DNA of 36,057 nucleotides from a virus (IMGVR_UViG_3300022930_000022:1-36057); one strand, 5' to 3'; positions 8,074 to 16,259 are shown, counted from the stretch's first letter. The notes: generated by a model from the letters alone, not told the origin. Program-made: numbers and translations.

Positions 8074-8350
8074 AAACATAGTACATTGACACTCTAGTGA
8101 AGTTAGTCCGGACGAGGGTTCGATTCCCTCCACCTCCACCAAAAATGCTAAGCGTAGTTACTTAGCGCCAAAGAAAAGGATTGATTGATGATCGCCTTTT
8201 CTAAACTTAATGGGGGTGCCTGGTTTTGACGGATTAATAAGTAGTTAGAGTAGAGTAAGATGTTTAATTTCAACTGGCAAAGTTGTACAAATGTTTAGTC
8301 CATCGCTTAGAGCGGTAGCATAAACAGCCCGAAGGGAGCTAAATCCCTTC
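8074..8350 (+). ncRNA. ssrA: Circularly permuted (two-piece) tmRNA: acceptor piece about 8074-8141, intervening segment 8142-8211, coding piece from 8212
   Basis: 3'-end motif GGACGAGGGTTCGATTCCCTCCACCTCCACCA comes before the 5'-end motif GGGGGTGCCTGGTTTTGAC; acceptor stem has G3:U70; helix-2 pairs GGATTAA/TTAGTCC and TTAGAGT/ACTCTAG; tag ORF present. Outer ends are approximate. Confidence 0.9.
8276..8323 (+). other. tmRNA tag reading frame (A)GKVVQMFSPSLRAVA*
   Basis: Resume context TCAACT|GGC followed by 15 codons and TAA; small nonpolar C-terminus. Confidence 0.75.
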
Positions 8351-8355
8351 AATTT

Positions 8356-8408
8356 GGGGCGTGACGTGGTAACCAGTCCAGCGTATAACATCGAAAGTGG
8401 GCGCTCCA
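8356..8408 (+). ncRNA. Small structured RNA closed by an Ala-type acceptor stem
   Basis: GGGGCGT/GCGCTCC-A with G:U at the third pair; two internal hairpins. Confidence 0.45.
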
Positions 8409-8510
8409 CAAAGTCCTTGTTAATAACGGTAATAGTAATTTATTCTAAATAGAATTGTTGACAAAGCTATTATTGTAACGCAAGGCAAACATTTGGTTAA
8501 GTTTAGATTG

Positions 8511-8540
8511 GCGGGTAGGTGTAGTGCCCTACCCGTTTTT
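8511..8540 (+). terminator. Intrinsic terminator ending the RNA cluster
   Basis: GCGGGTAGG-N8-CCTACCCGT followed by a T run. Confidence 0.75.
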
Positions 8541-8557
8541 AAAGAGAAGAAAACAGC

Positions 8558-8866
8558 ATGAGATCAGCACAAGAAATATACGATAATACGCCATTTGAGG
8601 ATGAGAACGGTTTAATTCCGCACGATAAGTTAGCGGTTAAAGTGGCTGAAGAATACGCGGGACAGTTTAATCAATGGGTGAGTGTAGCCTATGGTCTGCC
8701 AGAAACATTAGATAATATTATTTGCTGCATGAAAAATGGATATATTGTTCAACTTACTTACGGCAGGATGTCTGGTTTCTTTGATCCAAAGTCTCGTAGA
8801 CCTGTTAGCAAAAATAACCCTGTAACCCATTGGATGCCATTACCTAACCCACCTCAACCATGCTAA
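8558..8866 (+). CDS. DUF551-like phage protein
   Basis: WVSV...LP and VTHWMPLPNPP signature. Confidence 0.8.
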   Translation: MRSAQEIYDNTPFEDENGLIPHDKLAVKVAEEYAGQFNQWVSVAYGLPETLDNIICCMKNGYIVQLTYGRMSGFFDPKSRRPVSKNNPVTHWMPLPNPPQPC

Positions 8867-8991
8867 ACCCATTCTTAACTTCATTCGCAATATGCTTCGG
8901 TCTAATCTTGCTAGTAATAGCAGCTAAAAAATACAATCGGTATATCGATTCTGGTAAAGAAAATGATGATGATTTAAACCATTTTATATGA
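8860..8991 (+). CDS. Small membrane protein (43 aa)
   Basis: MLNPFLTSFAICFGLILLVIAAKK...; overlaps both neighbours. Confidence 0.6.
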   Translation: MLNPFLTSFAICFGLILLVIAAKKYNRYIDSGKENDDDLNHFI

Positions 8992-9140
8992 AATATTTAG
9001 TTTTTGTAGCCTACTATATGTTCGCTTGTTTTCTTCTTTACGGTAATTACCATATCATAATTGAATTAGGTCATTCTAAATGGTGGTTACTGAGTTTATT
9101 ATTAATGTCAATATCACCAACTTTAAGATCGTCGAAATGA
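8988..9140 (+). CDS. Small 2-TM protein (50 aa)
   Basis: ATGA coupling at both ends. Confidence 0.6.
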   Translation: MKYLVFVAYYMFACFLLYGNYHIIIELGHSKWWLLSLLLMSISPTLRSSK

Positions 9141-9226
9141 AAAACTCACTAATCAAATACGGATCGATAGCCGTTTGTGCTTACACAATCATATTCTATG
9201 CGCAATGTATAATTTCACTTATATGA
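9137..9226 (+). CDS. Small membrane peptide (29 aa)
   Basis: ATGA coupling at both ends. Confidence 0.55.
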   Translation: MKNSLIKYGSIAVCAYTIIFYAQCIISLI

Positions 9227-9702
9227 AAGACCTAATAACAACAATATTCCTTGTAGCCTTATTTGGTTCGGCAAATGGTCAGAAGAAAGAGAAATATAAT
9301 GAATCATTCATAAGACAATCTAATGAGGTTTTAACTATGATTATTGATAGTTTAGCCTCTTACAAGAAAGAAATCAAATTGCTTAAGGGTAGAATCGACA
9401 GTTTAGAGAATCCAAAATTTACACCCCTATATGTAGGTAATGGATTATCTAATTTAACACTTAAGTCTGATTGTAGAGATTCAGTTGTAACCGAATGGAA
9501 AAAGGTAAGTATGTTCAATTTGATTAACTTCGATAAAAACTTATACAATTGGCAATCTGGATGGTTAAGAGAAGAAAGGATTATAAAGTTAGGTTCCTGT
9601 TACGCTTTTTACGCAAGTAACAAACCCAAAAAAACATATTACTATCCCGATAAGAAAAAGGAATTCAAACGTGACGTTATAGATTACCGTTTCATAAAAT
9701 GA
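9223..9702 (+). CDS. Exported protein with a Sec signal peptide
   Basis: Coupled ATG at 9223 gives MKDLITTIFLVALFGSANG|QKKE. Confidence 0.7.
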   Translation: MKDLITTIFLVALFGSANGQKKEKYNESFIRQSNEVLTMIIDSLASYKKEIKLLKGRIDSLENPKFTPLYVGNGLSNLTLKSDCRDSVVTEWKKVSMFNLINFDKNLYNWQSGWLREERIIKLGSCYAFYASNKPKKTYYYPDKKKEFKRDVIDYRFIK

Positions 9703-9833
9703 CCCGCATTCCTTTAACCCCAAAAGAAAAACTACTAGCATTTACGCTAATAGTTTTCGCTATTTTATTCACATGTAATTTACTTTACTGTATGGCTAGG
9801 TTTGTCCTTTTGGTTGACAATGCACTTAACTAA
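9699..9833 (+). CDS. Small membrane protein (44 aa)
   Basis: ATGA coupling; stop overlaps the convergent gene's stop. Confidence 0.55.
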   Translation: MTRIPLTPKEKLLAFTLIVFAILFTCNLLYCMARFVLLVDNALN

Positions 9834-10408
9834 AAGTCCGGTCTGTAATAGTAAACGCTTTTTATACTTGCTGTGCCTAAAGTAACGCCACCCCATGCCG
9901 CAGTAACATCTAAAACCTGATTATTAGCCATATTAGCTGTTATCTCCTTATAGAAAGTGCCGTTTGTATTCCCAAGGCTCACCACAAATCCATTGGGCTG
10001 TAATATTTCAGTTAAAACCATTTGACTTGATATTCCAGTTGAGACTATAAAACCACGAATTCTAAGCCCTGCATTCGTTAATCCTCCCCCTACAATAGTT
10101 GGAGCAAGCGTAGCTATTGTATTGCCTCCTAACGTAACCTTTATGCCCAATGTTGGTAATGATATAGCTGGAGTAGTAACAATGCAATACAATTCAAATC
10201 TATACGGCCTGTAAGGAATTAAAGTATTAGCTTGAATCGTATCCTTTATTGACCCAAGTAAACTGTACTCATTAGCATTGGAGTTTGCGACAGTAACATT
10301 CGGTGTAAATGATTTTATGGCACCTACAGGCGTCAGTTGCTTATTATTTATTGTTTGGCCAAATGTAAACGAAGAAATAAATAAAAGAATAATAGTGATG
10401 ATTTTCAT
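9830..10408 (-). CDS. Exported beta-rich protein, last gene of the tail-fibre unit
   Basis: MKIITIILLFISSFTFG|Q signal peptide; follows the large fibre-like gene. Confidence 0.75.
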   Translation of the reverse strand: MKIITIILLFISSFTFGQTINNKQLTPVGAIKSFTPNVTVANSNANEYSLLGSIKDTIQANTLIPYRPYRFELYCIVTTPAISLPTLGIKVTLGGNTIATLAPTIVGGGLTNAGLRIRGFIVSTGISSQMVLTEILQPNGFVVSLGNTNGTFYKEITANMANNQVLDVTAAWGGVTLGTASIKSVYYYRPDF

Positions 10409-10426
10409 AATTGTGAAAGGGTTAGT

Positions 10427-13400
10427 TTATAAAAATGTTAAAGTTCCTTGTGATGCGCTGATAGTCCACTTGTTGGTGTTAGTATATCTCAACGTAACTG
10501 TACAGTTTGCGTTTGTACTGGAAATAGATCCAGAGCTTCCCGATGTGGTAGTTGCGCCAACTGCAACAATAATTTGTCCAGTATTTTGTGATATTCTCCA
10601 TCCACCAGCGCCCTCGCCAACAATACTGAACAATGCGCCAGCGGTTGCTGTAGCTGGCAAAGAAATAGTGGTTAAAGCAGCATTGTGAGGAATGTAAATG
10701 GTATTTACCGCCCCTACCTGACTTGTGCCTGATATTTCAACTATTTGTGTTAATGAACTTATGTCTGCTTTTAAATCGAGTTCTTGTTTTCTTACGACAT
10801 CAGTAGCATTAGTCGGCGCAATTGGAACCGTAACTTTTCCCGTAACTCCGTTAATTCTAAGCGCATCAAATTTAGTTTTATTAAGAACAGTACCCGAAGC
10901 TCCGGAAGATCTGGCCCCAAAGACGATATCCCCAGCCAAACCAGTACCCGTACTTGCTCCTGCAACAATATCTAAAATATATCCATTGGCGTTTGTACCA
11001 GAGTTTGCTCCTGCTTGGATAGTTAAATTTCCATACGATGCAACGCCAGTTACTCTATCTATGCCGCCACCAACGATATTTTTTGTGACTAAATTATTTT
11101 CATCAGTCATAATTAGATATCTACTACTCGTACCGCCAATAGTATTCACAACGCTAACTCCTGTTGGATCTGCTGGACCAATAGACATGTCGTAAAAAGA
11201 AGAATTTCCGAAAACTACAGGGCCTACGTTTGGATTAATAAGTAATCCATTAACCATGTTAACTCCACCACTTATCCTAAGTTGACCTAATTTAGCGCTA
11301 CCGCCCAAAGAACCGTCATTACCTATTTGACCCCCAGTAATATTAGGATTATCGGTAAATAAGATACGATTTGAAATATTTAAATCTCGTGCTCTTCCCA
11401 CGCCGCTTATATTAAAATTTGATAGGGGTTGTACTACAGTCGTGTTTTGAATATAACCCGTGGAACCAGTTGCATCAGCTTTTAAAGCTAAACCGGAATT
11501 GATAGCATCAATAGTTCCATATTTAGTACCTGTTCCATCTGATGTTAAAGAGTTTTGTTTATTAGCAAGTAATTCATAAGGAGCCAATGCACTAGTAGTA
11601 AGAATACTACCGTCTGTTTGCGCGGAAGTTACCTTGCCCCAAATAGGTGCGACACCCACTCCCTGAGAAAGGAGTACATTACCTGCTGCAACAGAAGCTC
11701 TTTTTGATAACGATGAAGTGCTAGACGCGTACAACAAATCCCCTATAGCATAGGATGTTTGTCCAGTTCCACCATTAACAGGAGCTATTGTCGTACCATT
11801 CCATGTACCTGTAGTGACAATGCCTAAAACTGTGGGTCTGGAAAGCTGATAAGATATGCCACCTTGACGAGTCCATAAATTATTACTTTGTGTCCAAACA
11901 TCACCATTATTCCAACTGGTTGGGGTGATGGAGTCTAAATTTATAGCGGCACCTTCAAATACAGCTTGATTTTTTGTAACTCCGGTATATCCGCGTGTAG
12001 CTACTTGACCTATAAAACCACTCCCAGCACCGACACCATCAAAAGCAGAATTGATGCTAAATGTATGGGATCCTGTATAATTCCTACCACCTGTTGTGGG
12101 TGTAATAGCTGTTACAGCACCTCCTGAAACAGTTACCGTTCCTATTGCTCCAAATCCAGATGCGCCAGCTAAGGTTAAAAATGGAACATTAGAATAAACA
12201 CCATCAATGTATCCGCTGCCTGAATTATTAATATTCGCTGTTAGCATCCCTGTCCCTGAATTGAAACTTGCTGCATATCTATAACCGACCAATCTATCGT
12301 TATTAGCTGTAGGGACTAGACTAGTTCTAACATACCCTGCGCGGGCTTCCCCGGCATTTGGGTATACCGTACCACTCATTGTCTGGCTATTAAGAAAAGT
12401 ATTAGCGGAATTCGTTTTAGCGACTTCACCATCAACACTTAATATTGATTCTGATTGGGCATTATCTTTTATAATAAGATAACCGCTATTAAACATTTTA
12501 TCTGCAATCAGCCGTGCTCCATAGGGGTTTGGATGAACCCCATCACCTGCTAAATGGATAGCATTATCCCATTCTGGCGACACGTCAATTGTTTTAGAAT
12601 AATTAGTTTTGATCCAATTGTAAAGTACACTTTGATCAGAAATTACTGTTTCCGGTATAGGTAATACATGGATAACTTTAAATCCTGCTGCCTCTAATAA
12701 ATTAACCGCTGCCGAATAATTACTTTGCCAAGTAGCCGAAGGAATACCAGTAGCTAAATCATTTCTGCCATAATTAACAAATACAGTACAGGGTTTAATA
12801 TGGGATATGATAAATGGGGCGGACGCTAAAAATTCACTTGTTCTATCGCTACCCCCAACATAAGGACTTATTATTCCAGCACGTTGTAAGAAATTCGGAA
12901 CACGCTGTGATACTGGTATAGTCATTTTGCTATCACCCATCACAATACCGTCAGGGACCCTATTACTTGCGCTAGTAACTTTTATTTGGGATATCTCTAT
13001 ATTTCCGCCAAAGTTATAAATAACGATATTACCTGTGTTGATGTACAGCCCTTGTCGGTATGAAGTGATTGATCTACCCTGAGTTACGTTGGTAAATTTT
13101 GCTGTAAGTTGGTTTCCTCTTTGTGAGAGTTTTAATGTGCAATAGTCTCCCGGATCAACAATAAAATCACTAATTGTCTTATTAATAGTAGAAAGTTCCC
13201 GGGATGTCTGTAGCGTATTTGTAACCAAGTTATAGCCAACAGTGCCGTGATTGGATCCGAATAATGATTTTTTTCCTATCGCAATTCCATATCCAGAAAC
13301 ATCAATAGCACGATAGGTAATTTCAATATCCGTGTTGTCATCATTATTCACCAACCCATTTATGCTTACATATTTTGTAGCATCTTCATTACCCTCCGAA

Positions 13401-13810
13401 AAAATTAAACTTCGAGTGGATGAAACCGTTGGGGTAAAGCCTGTTGTTGTAAAATCTACTATATCAGTCCATTGACTTTTATCATAAAGAATGGTTCCGT
13501 AAGGTTGTTTTGTATTTACTGTATTATCTATTTGTGTTTTGCTGTAATAATTCGCATTTAACAAACTATCCAAATATCCAGTAGTCACACCAGCCGAACC
13601 CTTAGTATTCGCCATATAAAAGTACCTCTTAGGGACGCCTGTAGTTTCAACGTATAAGCTATCCTTAGACCGATCATTTGGAGCCGAAGCGTTTGGCACC
13701 CTAAACCAACCCGCTGATATACTTACTGCTCCTGTTGGTTTTGTTGTTGTTTGAGCTTGCGTACTTAAGCAGGCCGATAGTAATGTAAAAAGTAATAATA
13801 TTCGTCTCAT
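10427..13810 (-). CDS. Tail fibre/spike-like protein with an SGNH/GDSL esterase domain and an N-terminal export signal
   Basis: SGNH blocks VMGDS, YGRND, DGVHPN; G/T/S/N-rich fibre-like segments (GDLLYASST, PTNATDVVRKQELD); located after tail-tip genes; begins MRRILLLFTLLSACLSTQAQ. Confidence 0.8.
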   Translation of the reverse strand: MRRILLLFTLLSACLSTQAQTTTKPTGAVSISAGWFRVPNASAPNDRSKDSLYVETTGVPKRYFYMANTKGSAGVTTGYLDSLLNANYYSKTQIDNTVNTKQPYGTILYDKSQWTDIVDFTTTGFTPTVSSTRSLIFSEGNEDATKYVSINGLVNNDDNTDIEITYRAIDVSGYGIAIGKKSLFGSNHGTVGYNLVTNTLQTSRELSTINKTISDFIVDPGDYCTLKLSQRGNQLTAKFTNVTQGRSITSYRQGLYINTGNIVIYNFGGNIEISQIKVTSASNRVPDGIVMGDSKMTIPVSQRVPNFLQRAGIISPYVGGSDRTSEFLASAPFIISHIKPCTVFVNYGRNDLATGIPSATWQSNYSAAVNLLEAAGFKVIHVLPIPETVISDQSVLYNWIKTNYSKTIDVSPEWDNAIHLAGDGVHPNPYGARLIADKMFNSGYLIIKDNAQSESILSVDGEVAKTNSANTFLNSQTMSGTVYPNAGEARAGYVRTSLVPTANNDRLVGYRYAASFNSGTGMLTANINNSGSGYIDGVYSNVPFLTLAGASGFGAIGTVTVSGGAVTAITPTTGGRNYTGSHTFSINSAFDGVGAGSGFIGQVATRGYTGVTKNQAVFEGAAINLDSITPTSWNNGDVWTQSNNLWTRQGGISYQLSRPTVLGIVTTGTWNGTTIAPVNGGTGQTSYAIGDLLYASSTSSLSKRASVAAGNVLLSQGVGVAPIWGKVTSAQTDGSILTTSALAPYELLANKQNSLTSDGTGTKYGTIDAINSGLALKADATGSTGYIQNTTVVQPLSNFNISGVGRARDLNISNRILFTDNPNITGGQIGNDGSLGGSAKLGQLRISGGVNMVNGLLINPNVGPVVFGNSSFYDMSIGPADPTGVSVVNTIGGTSSRYLIMTDENNLVTKNIVGGGIDRVTGVASYGNLTIQAGANSGTNANGYILDIVAGASTGTGLAGDIVFGARSSGASGTVLNKTKFDALRINGVTGKVTVPIAPTNATDVVRKQELDLKADISSLTQIVEISGTSQVGAVNTIYIPHNAALTTISLPATATAGALFSIVGEGAGGWRISQNTGQIIVAVGATTTSGSSGSISSTNANCTVTLRYTNTNKWTISASQGTLTFL

Positions 13811-13815
13811 ATTGT

Positions 13816-14583
13816 TTATATAAATTTTAATGTTACTGGAATATCTGGAATCCCGATATAATCTCCAAATCCGTATACTTTACCTGCTACGTTATCATAA
13901 AAAGGCAATGGTATATTTATTCCGTCTATCTTGACCCCAACTAAAGTAAGATCGTAAACTGTCGCTGTATCTGTTGGTGATAGCCCAAGAAACCCATCTG
14001 AACCCACGGCATTGGTGTCATACAATAGTGGTCTGTCCAAAACTATAGCATACTGCTGATCTTCGTCAGCATCGAACTGAATAATCACCTTTTTAGATCC
14101 AGCTACATCTGCTAGTATCCTTGACTTTTCAACGAAATCACCGCCTACATTTAAATAGGCAAACACCAAATCACCGCTATCACCGTCAATGCTGTCGGGT
14201 GAGGCCACTAAATAAATATTTAGCCCGTCAGTTATGAATACGTTTTCTCTAATGGTAGGAGCAAATAAGCCTACAGCCCTCCAGTTAACCAGATCGTTGC
14301 TAGGCACCGTATCATTGTCATCTACCAGCGATATAAATAGGCATAAGGTATTATTTACTTGATAAGTCCTGTAAGTATCAATCTGAACCACTTCGCCTAT
14401 CTCGTAAGGTTTTATTACGCTTGACGAACCCTCAATATCTTTTCTTTGAACGAACGAATTAGGATATGAATTATCGAATCCAGCCGAACCTAATAATGGT
14501 TGCGCTATGATTATGGGATCGCCCGACTTGTTGCTTATCTCTGCGGTATCTATTGCGTTCGCTTTTCTCTTATTTTCGCTCAT
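13816..14583 (-). CDS. Putative minor virion/tail protein
   Basis: Acidic and beta-rich; coupled to the collar-domain gene. Confidence 0.65.
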   Translation of the reverse strand: MSENKRKANAIDTAEISNKSGDPIIIAQPLLGSAGFDNSYPNSFVQRKDIEGSSSVIKPYEIGEVVQIDTYRTYQVNNTLCLFISLVDDNDTVPSNDLVNWRAVGLFAPTIRENVFITDGLNIYLVASPDSIDGDSGDLVFAYLNVGGDFVEKSRILADVAGSKKVIIQFDADEDQQYAIVLDRPLLYDTNAVGSDGFLGLSPTDTATVYDLTLVGVKIDGINIPLPFYDNVAGKVYGFGDYIGIPDIPVTLKFI

Positions 14584-16187
14584 TATGCCACACGTTTAAC
14601 AAAGATGACTGGAATGGACGGTTGAGATATATTTACACCTGTTGGGCTTGAACTGCCTACTTTTTTAGTTGACTTAGGCCATATGATGTTTTCACCACTT
14701 CCGAATCCAGGGCGCCTGCCCGTTACCCTATCGTCTATTAAGTCACCAATTTCTGGTAAGTTAGCAAGCGTAAGTGTAGCTGTTTTAGACCCGAATGGAG
14801 TTCCCAGTAGTGAGTAGACAGGGTCTAATTCCTTGTACCCAACAGGAGCAAGACCGCCCATATCAATAGTGCCGTTACGACCATCCATAAGGACATAATT
14901 AGCGTACTCTGTATTAGGTCGGCCAACCCCTGTAGTAAGGTCGAAGTCATTACCAAGTTGCACCGAGTTACCTCCGTATTGGATCACCCCATATAAAGGC
15001 ACCCCTTGAACACTTGGCACTTCACCGCCTCCCAAATCAGACAGGTCAATATCGTCAACATCAAGTTGCTTGTATATTACTTGAAGCTCTGAGATATTGG
15101 CTCCGTCTAAGCCCGAAAGATACAACGTGCTATTGCCGTCGAATATGTATTCTGTTGACCAAATAAAATTATTAGCATCTACAGTAACCTCTCCGATCTC
15201 ATCACCGTTCGGAGTTGTACCGATTGACATTTCAAACGTTCCTGTTGACTTCTTTATCCATATTGACTCTAACATGGAATGGTCGTCAAATACGCTGGGT
15301 ATCGCCAGATTCGCCCCAACGTTAAAGTATCTTAATCTTTTCTGCATTGGCGTAAATATATTTTCAGGCTCAATTACCTCTGTTTCGTATCTATTAAACC
15401 GATTATCAACGGGACGTATATCAACGCTACCGCCAATCCAATCATCCCCTAAATCATTTTCAACCCATTCGTATTTAGCTTCGTTTGGAATCTGATAAGC
15501 TACCCCATCGTAAATCGTCTCAGTACACGACTGAATGATATTGATTTTATGAGCAACCCAACGAGGCATACCATAATTGTAGCCCAGCCAAAACTTAGCC
15601 TGTAAATATGGTATGGCATTTAATAACGTAGTATTGAAATCCTGATCTTCGTAAGTGTCACGTTCGTTTTGCGGAAGGAAGTTCTTAATAGCTGCCTCAA
15701 CTCTGATCTGAAATACAATTCCTGTATCGAAGATTATATCGTAGTCATTACGGGCATTGCGGTATTCGATCAGAAGCGTATTGTCATGCTCAATTTGAAC
15801 GTCAATAGCCTCGGATTTTAAGGGCTGAACGCCATCTTCATTCTCGTACTGAAATGAAGTGTAATAACGCCCTTCATCTAGTACCGAAAGCGATTGTTCT
15901 AACTCGTAAATCTTGAACGTTTGGCCTATGATCAACGTGGGTATCTCAATCCAATTAGCTGAATATGCAAGGAAATCGGTATCTATCTCATAGAACTTTA
16001 AGGCTGTTGGTGGCGTTAAACTTGGGCATTGTAGTTTTAATACATCCCCTGTTTGCCATTTCTGAGCGTAACACCTTGGCGATTGGTAGTTCAATACTTG
16101 CCTAACAGCGAAGTCGCCATTAAACGCTGTGCTGATATTATTCAGGTGTATAAAACGTAATGGCAGTATATCAGCTATTTTGAACAT
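14583..16187 (-). CDS. Tail-tip protein with a C-terminal tail-collar-like domain (start MFKIADIL)
   Basis: DGRNGTIDMGG..PVG, GSKTATLTLANLP and NISQPSIPVIFVKR resemble the phage collar domain; a promoter box at 16199-16192 supports the ATG at 16187. Confidence 0.75.
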   Translation of the reverse strand: MFKIADILPLRFIHLNNISTAFNGDFAVRQVLNYQSPRCYAQKWQTGDVLKLQCPSLTPPTALKFYEIDTDFLAYSANWIEIPTLIIGQTFKIYELEQSLSVLDEGRYYTSFQYENEDGVQPLKSEAIDVQIEHDNTLLIEYRNARNDYDIIFDTGIVFQIRVEAAIKNFLPQNERDTYEDQDFNTTLLNAIPYLQAKFWLGYNYGMPRWVAHKINIIQSCTETIYDGVAYQIPNEAKYEWVENDLGDDWIGGSVDIRPVDNRFNRYETEVIEPENIFTPMQKRLRYFNVGANLAIPSVFDDHSMLESIWIKKSTGTFEMSIGTTPNGDEIGEVTVDANNFIWSTEYIFDGNSTLYLSGLDGANISELQVIYKQLDVDDIDLSDLGGGEVPSVQGVPLYGVIQYGGNSVQLGNDFDLTTGVGRPNTEYANYVLMDGRNGTIDMGGLAPVGYKELDPVYSLLGTPFGSKTATLTLANLPEIGDLIDDRVTGRRPGFGSGENIIWPKSTKKVGSSSPTGVNISQPSIPVIFVKRVA

Positions 16188-16191
16188 TAAA

Positions 16192-16259
16192 CAAATATAA
16201 TACATAACAAGGATGTTACACAATAAATTAGAATTATTGTATTGTTAGGGTTAGATTTG
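16192..16259. promoter_or_regulatory. Divergent promoters (leftward TATATTTG 16199-16192; rightward TAGATTTG 16252-16259) with a dyad at 16203-16220
   Basis: Two exact TANNTTTG boxes and CATAACA-AGGA-TGTTACA. Confidence 0.7.

Noticed and set aside
8109-8141. tmRNA 3' end as a mere attP/att duplication
   Set aside because: The complementary 5' end, helix-2 partners and a tag ORF follow downstream, and no integrase is adjacent; a full permuted gene explains it better.
8073-8211. Theta/HDV-like or hammerhead ribozyme after the tRNA-like elements
   Set aside because: I could not build the nested pseudoknot or find the CTGANGA/GAAA core; an Infernal search would be needed to exclude it fully.
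8443-8449. Amber suppressor tRNA implying TAG recoding
   Set aside because: No proper T arm; TAG ends genes at sensible places (1401, 9830, 27261) and structural ORFs are intact in the standard code.
10278-11195. Plus-strand ORFs opposite the fibre genes, and similar ones at 15097, 18322, 22875, 29338 and 33231-33787
   Set aside because: Antisense shadows of well-supported minus-strand genes, with no motifs or promoter context.
14583-16223. Longer ORF-track starts (16223, 19724, 26164, 9175, 17291, 24009, 3396)
   Set aside because: These extensions run through promoter boxes, hairpins or neighbouring genes; downstream starts fit promoter spacing or translational coupling better.
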